A stretch of DNA of 64,000 nucleotides from Macrostomum hystrix (taxonomy: Eukaryota; Animalia; Platyhelminthes): contig CATNEN010000038.1 in the NCBI GenBank assembly GCA_950097015.1, positions 14,508,001 through 14,572,000 of the forward strand. The letters are read 5' to 3'. Below are positions 63,976-64,000 of this stretch, piece by piece (the stretch's first letter is position 1; the number at the start of each line of letters is the position of its first letter). The notes beneath the pieces were generated by a model that was given only the letters and a program-made list of their open reading frames with translations, had not been told where the DNA came from and searched no databases. A program made the translations under genes and the position numbers.

Positions 63976-64000
63976 GTGAGTAACCTACTTTAAATTCTGT

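Overview
Eukaryotic (animal) genomic DNA with GT-AG introns, GC-rich exons, AT-rich introns, many minisatellites, tRNA-derived SINEs and RTE-like LINE fragments. The style suggests a free-living flatworm such as Macrostomum, but this is an inference only. The left half has five co-oriented minus-strand genes: Tctex1-domain dynein light chain, MIC19/CHCHD3, an LHFPL/TMHS tetraspan, a complete 18-exon R3-type receptor tyrosine phosphatase (FN3 array-TM-single PTP), and MIC10. The right half has three plus-strand paralogues that share the phosphatase's signal peptide and FN3 head. One (copy 2) is predicted to splice onto a C-type-lectin domain, TM and short tail. One (copy 3) has a shortened ectodomain and TM plus a non-catalytic tail with a YDTV motif and PPLPP, in an exon the ORF track misses. 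The last (copy 4) runs off the window. The shared heads are nearly identical, introns included, except for clustered non-synonymous changes in the distal FN3 domains. This is the main candidate novel system: a paired or variable receptor cluster built from an RPTP ectodomain. All gene models and counts were derived by hand and need transcript confirmation.
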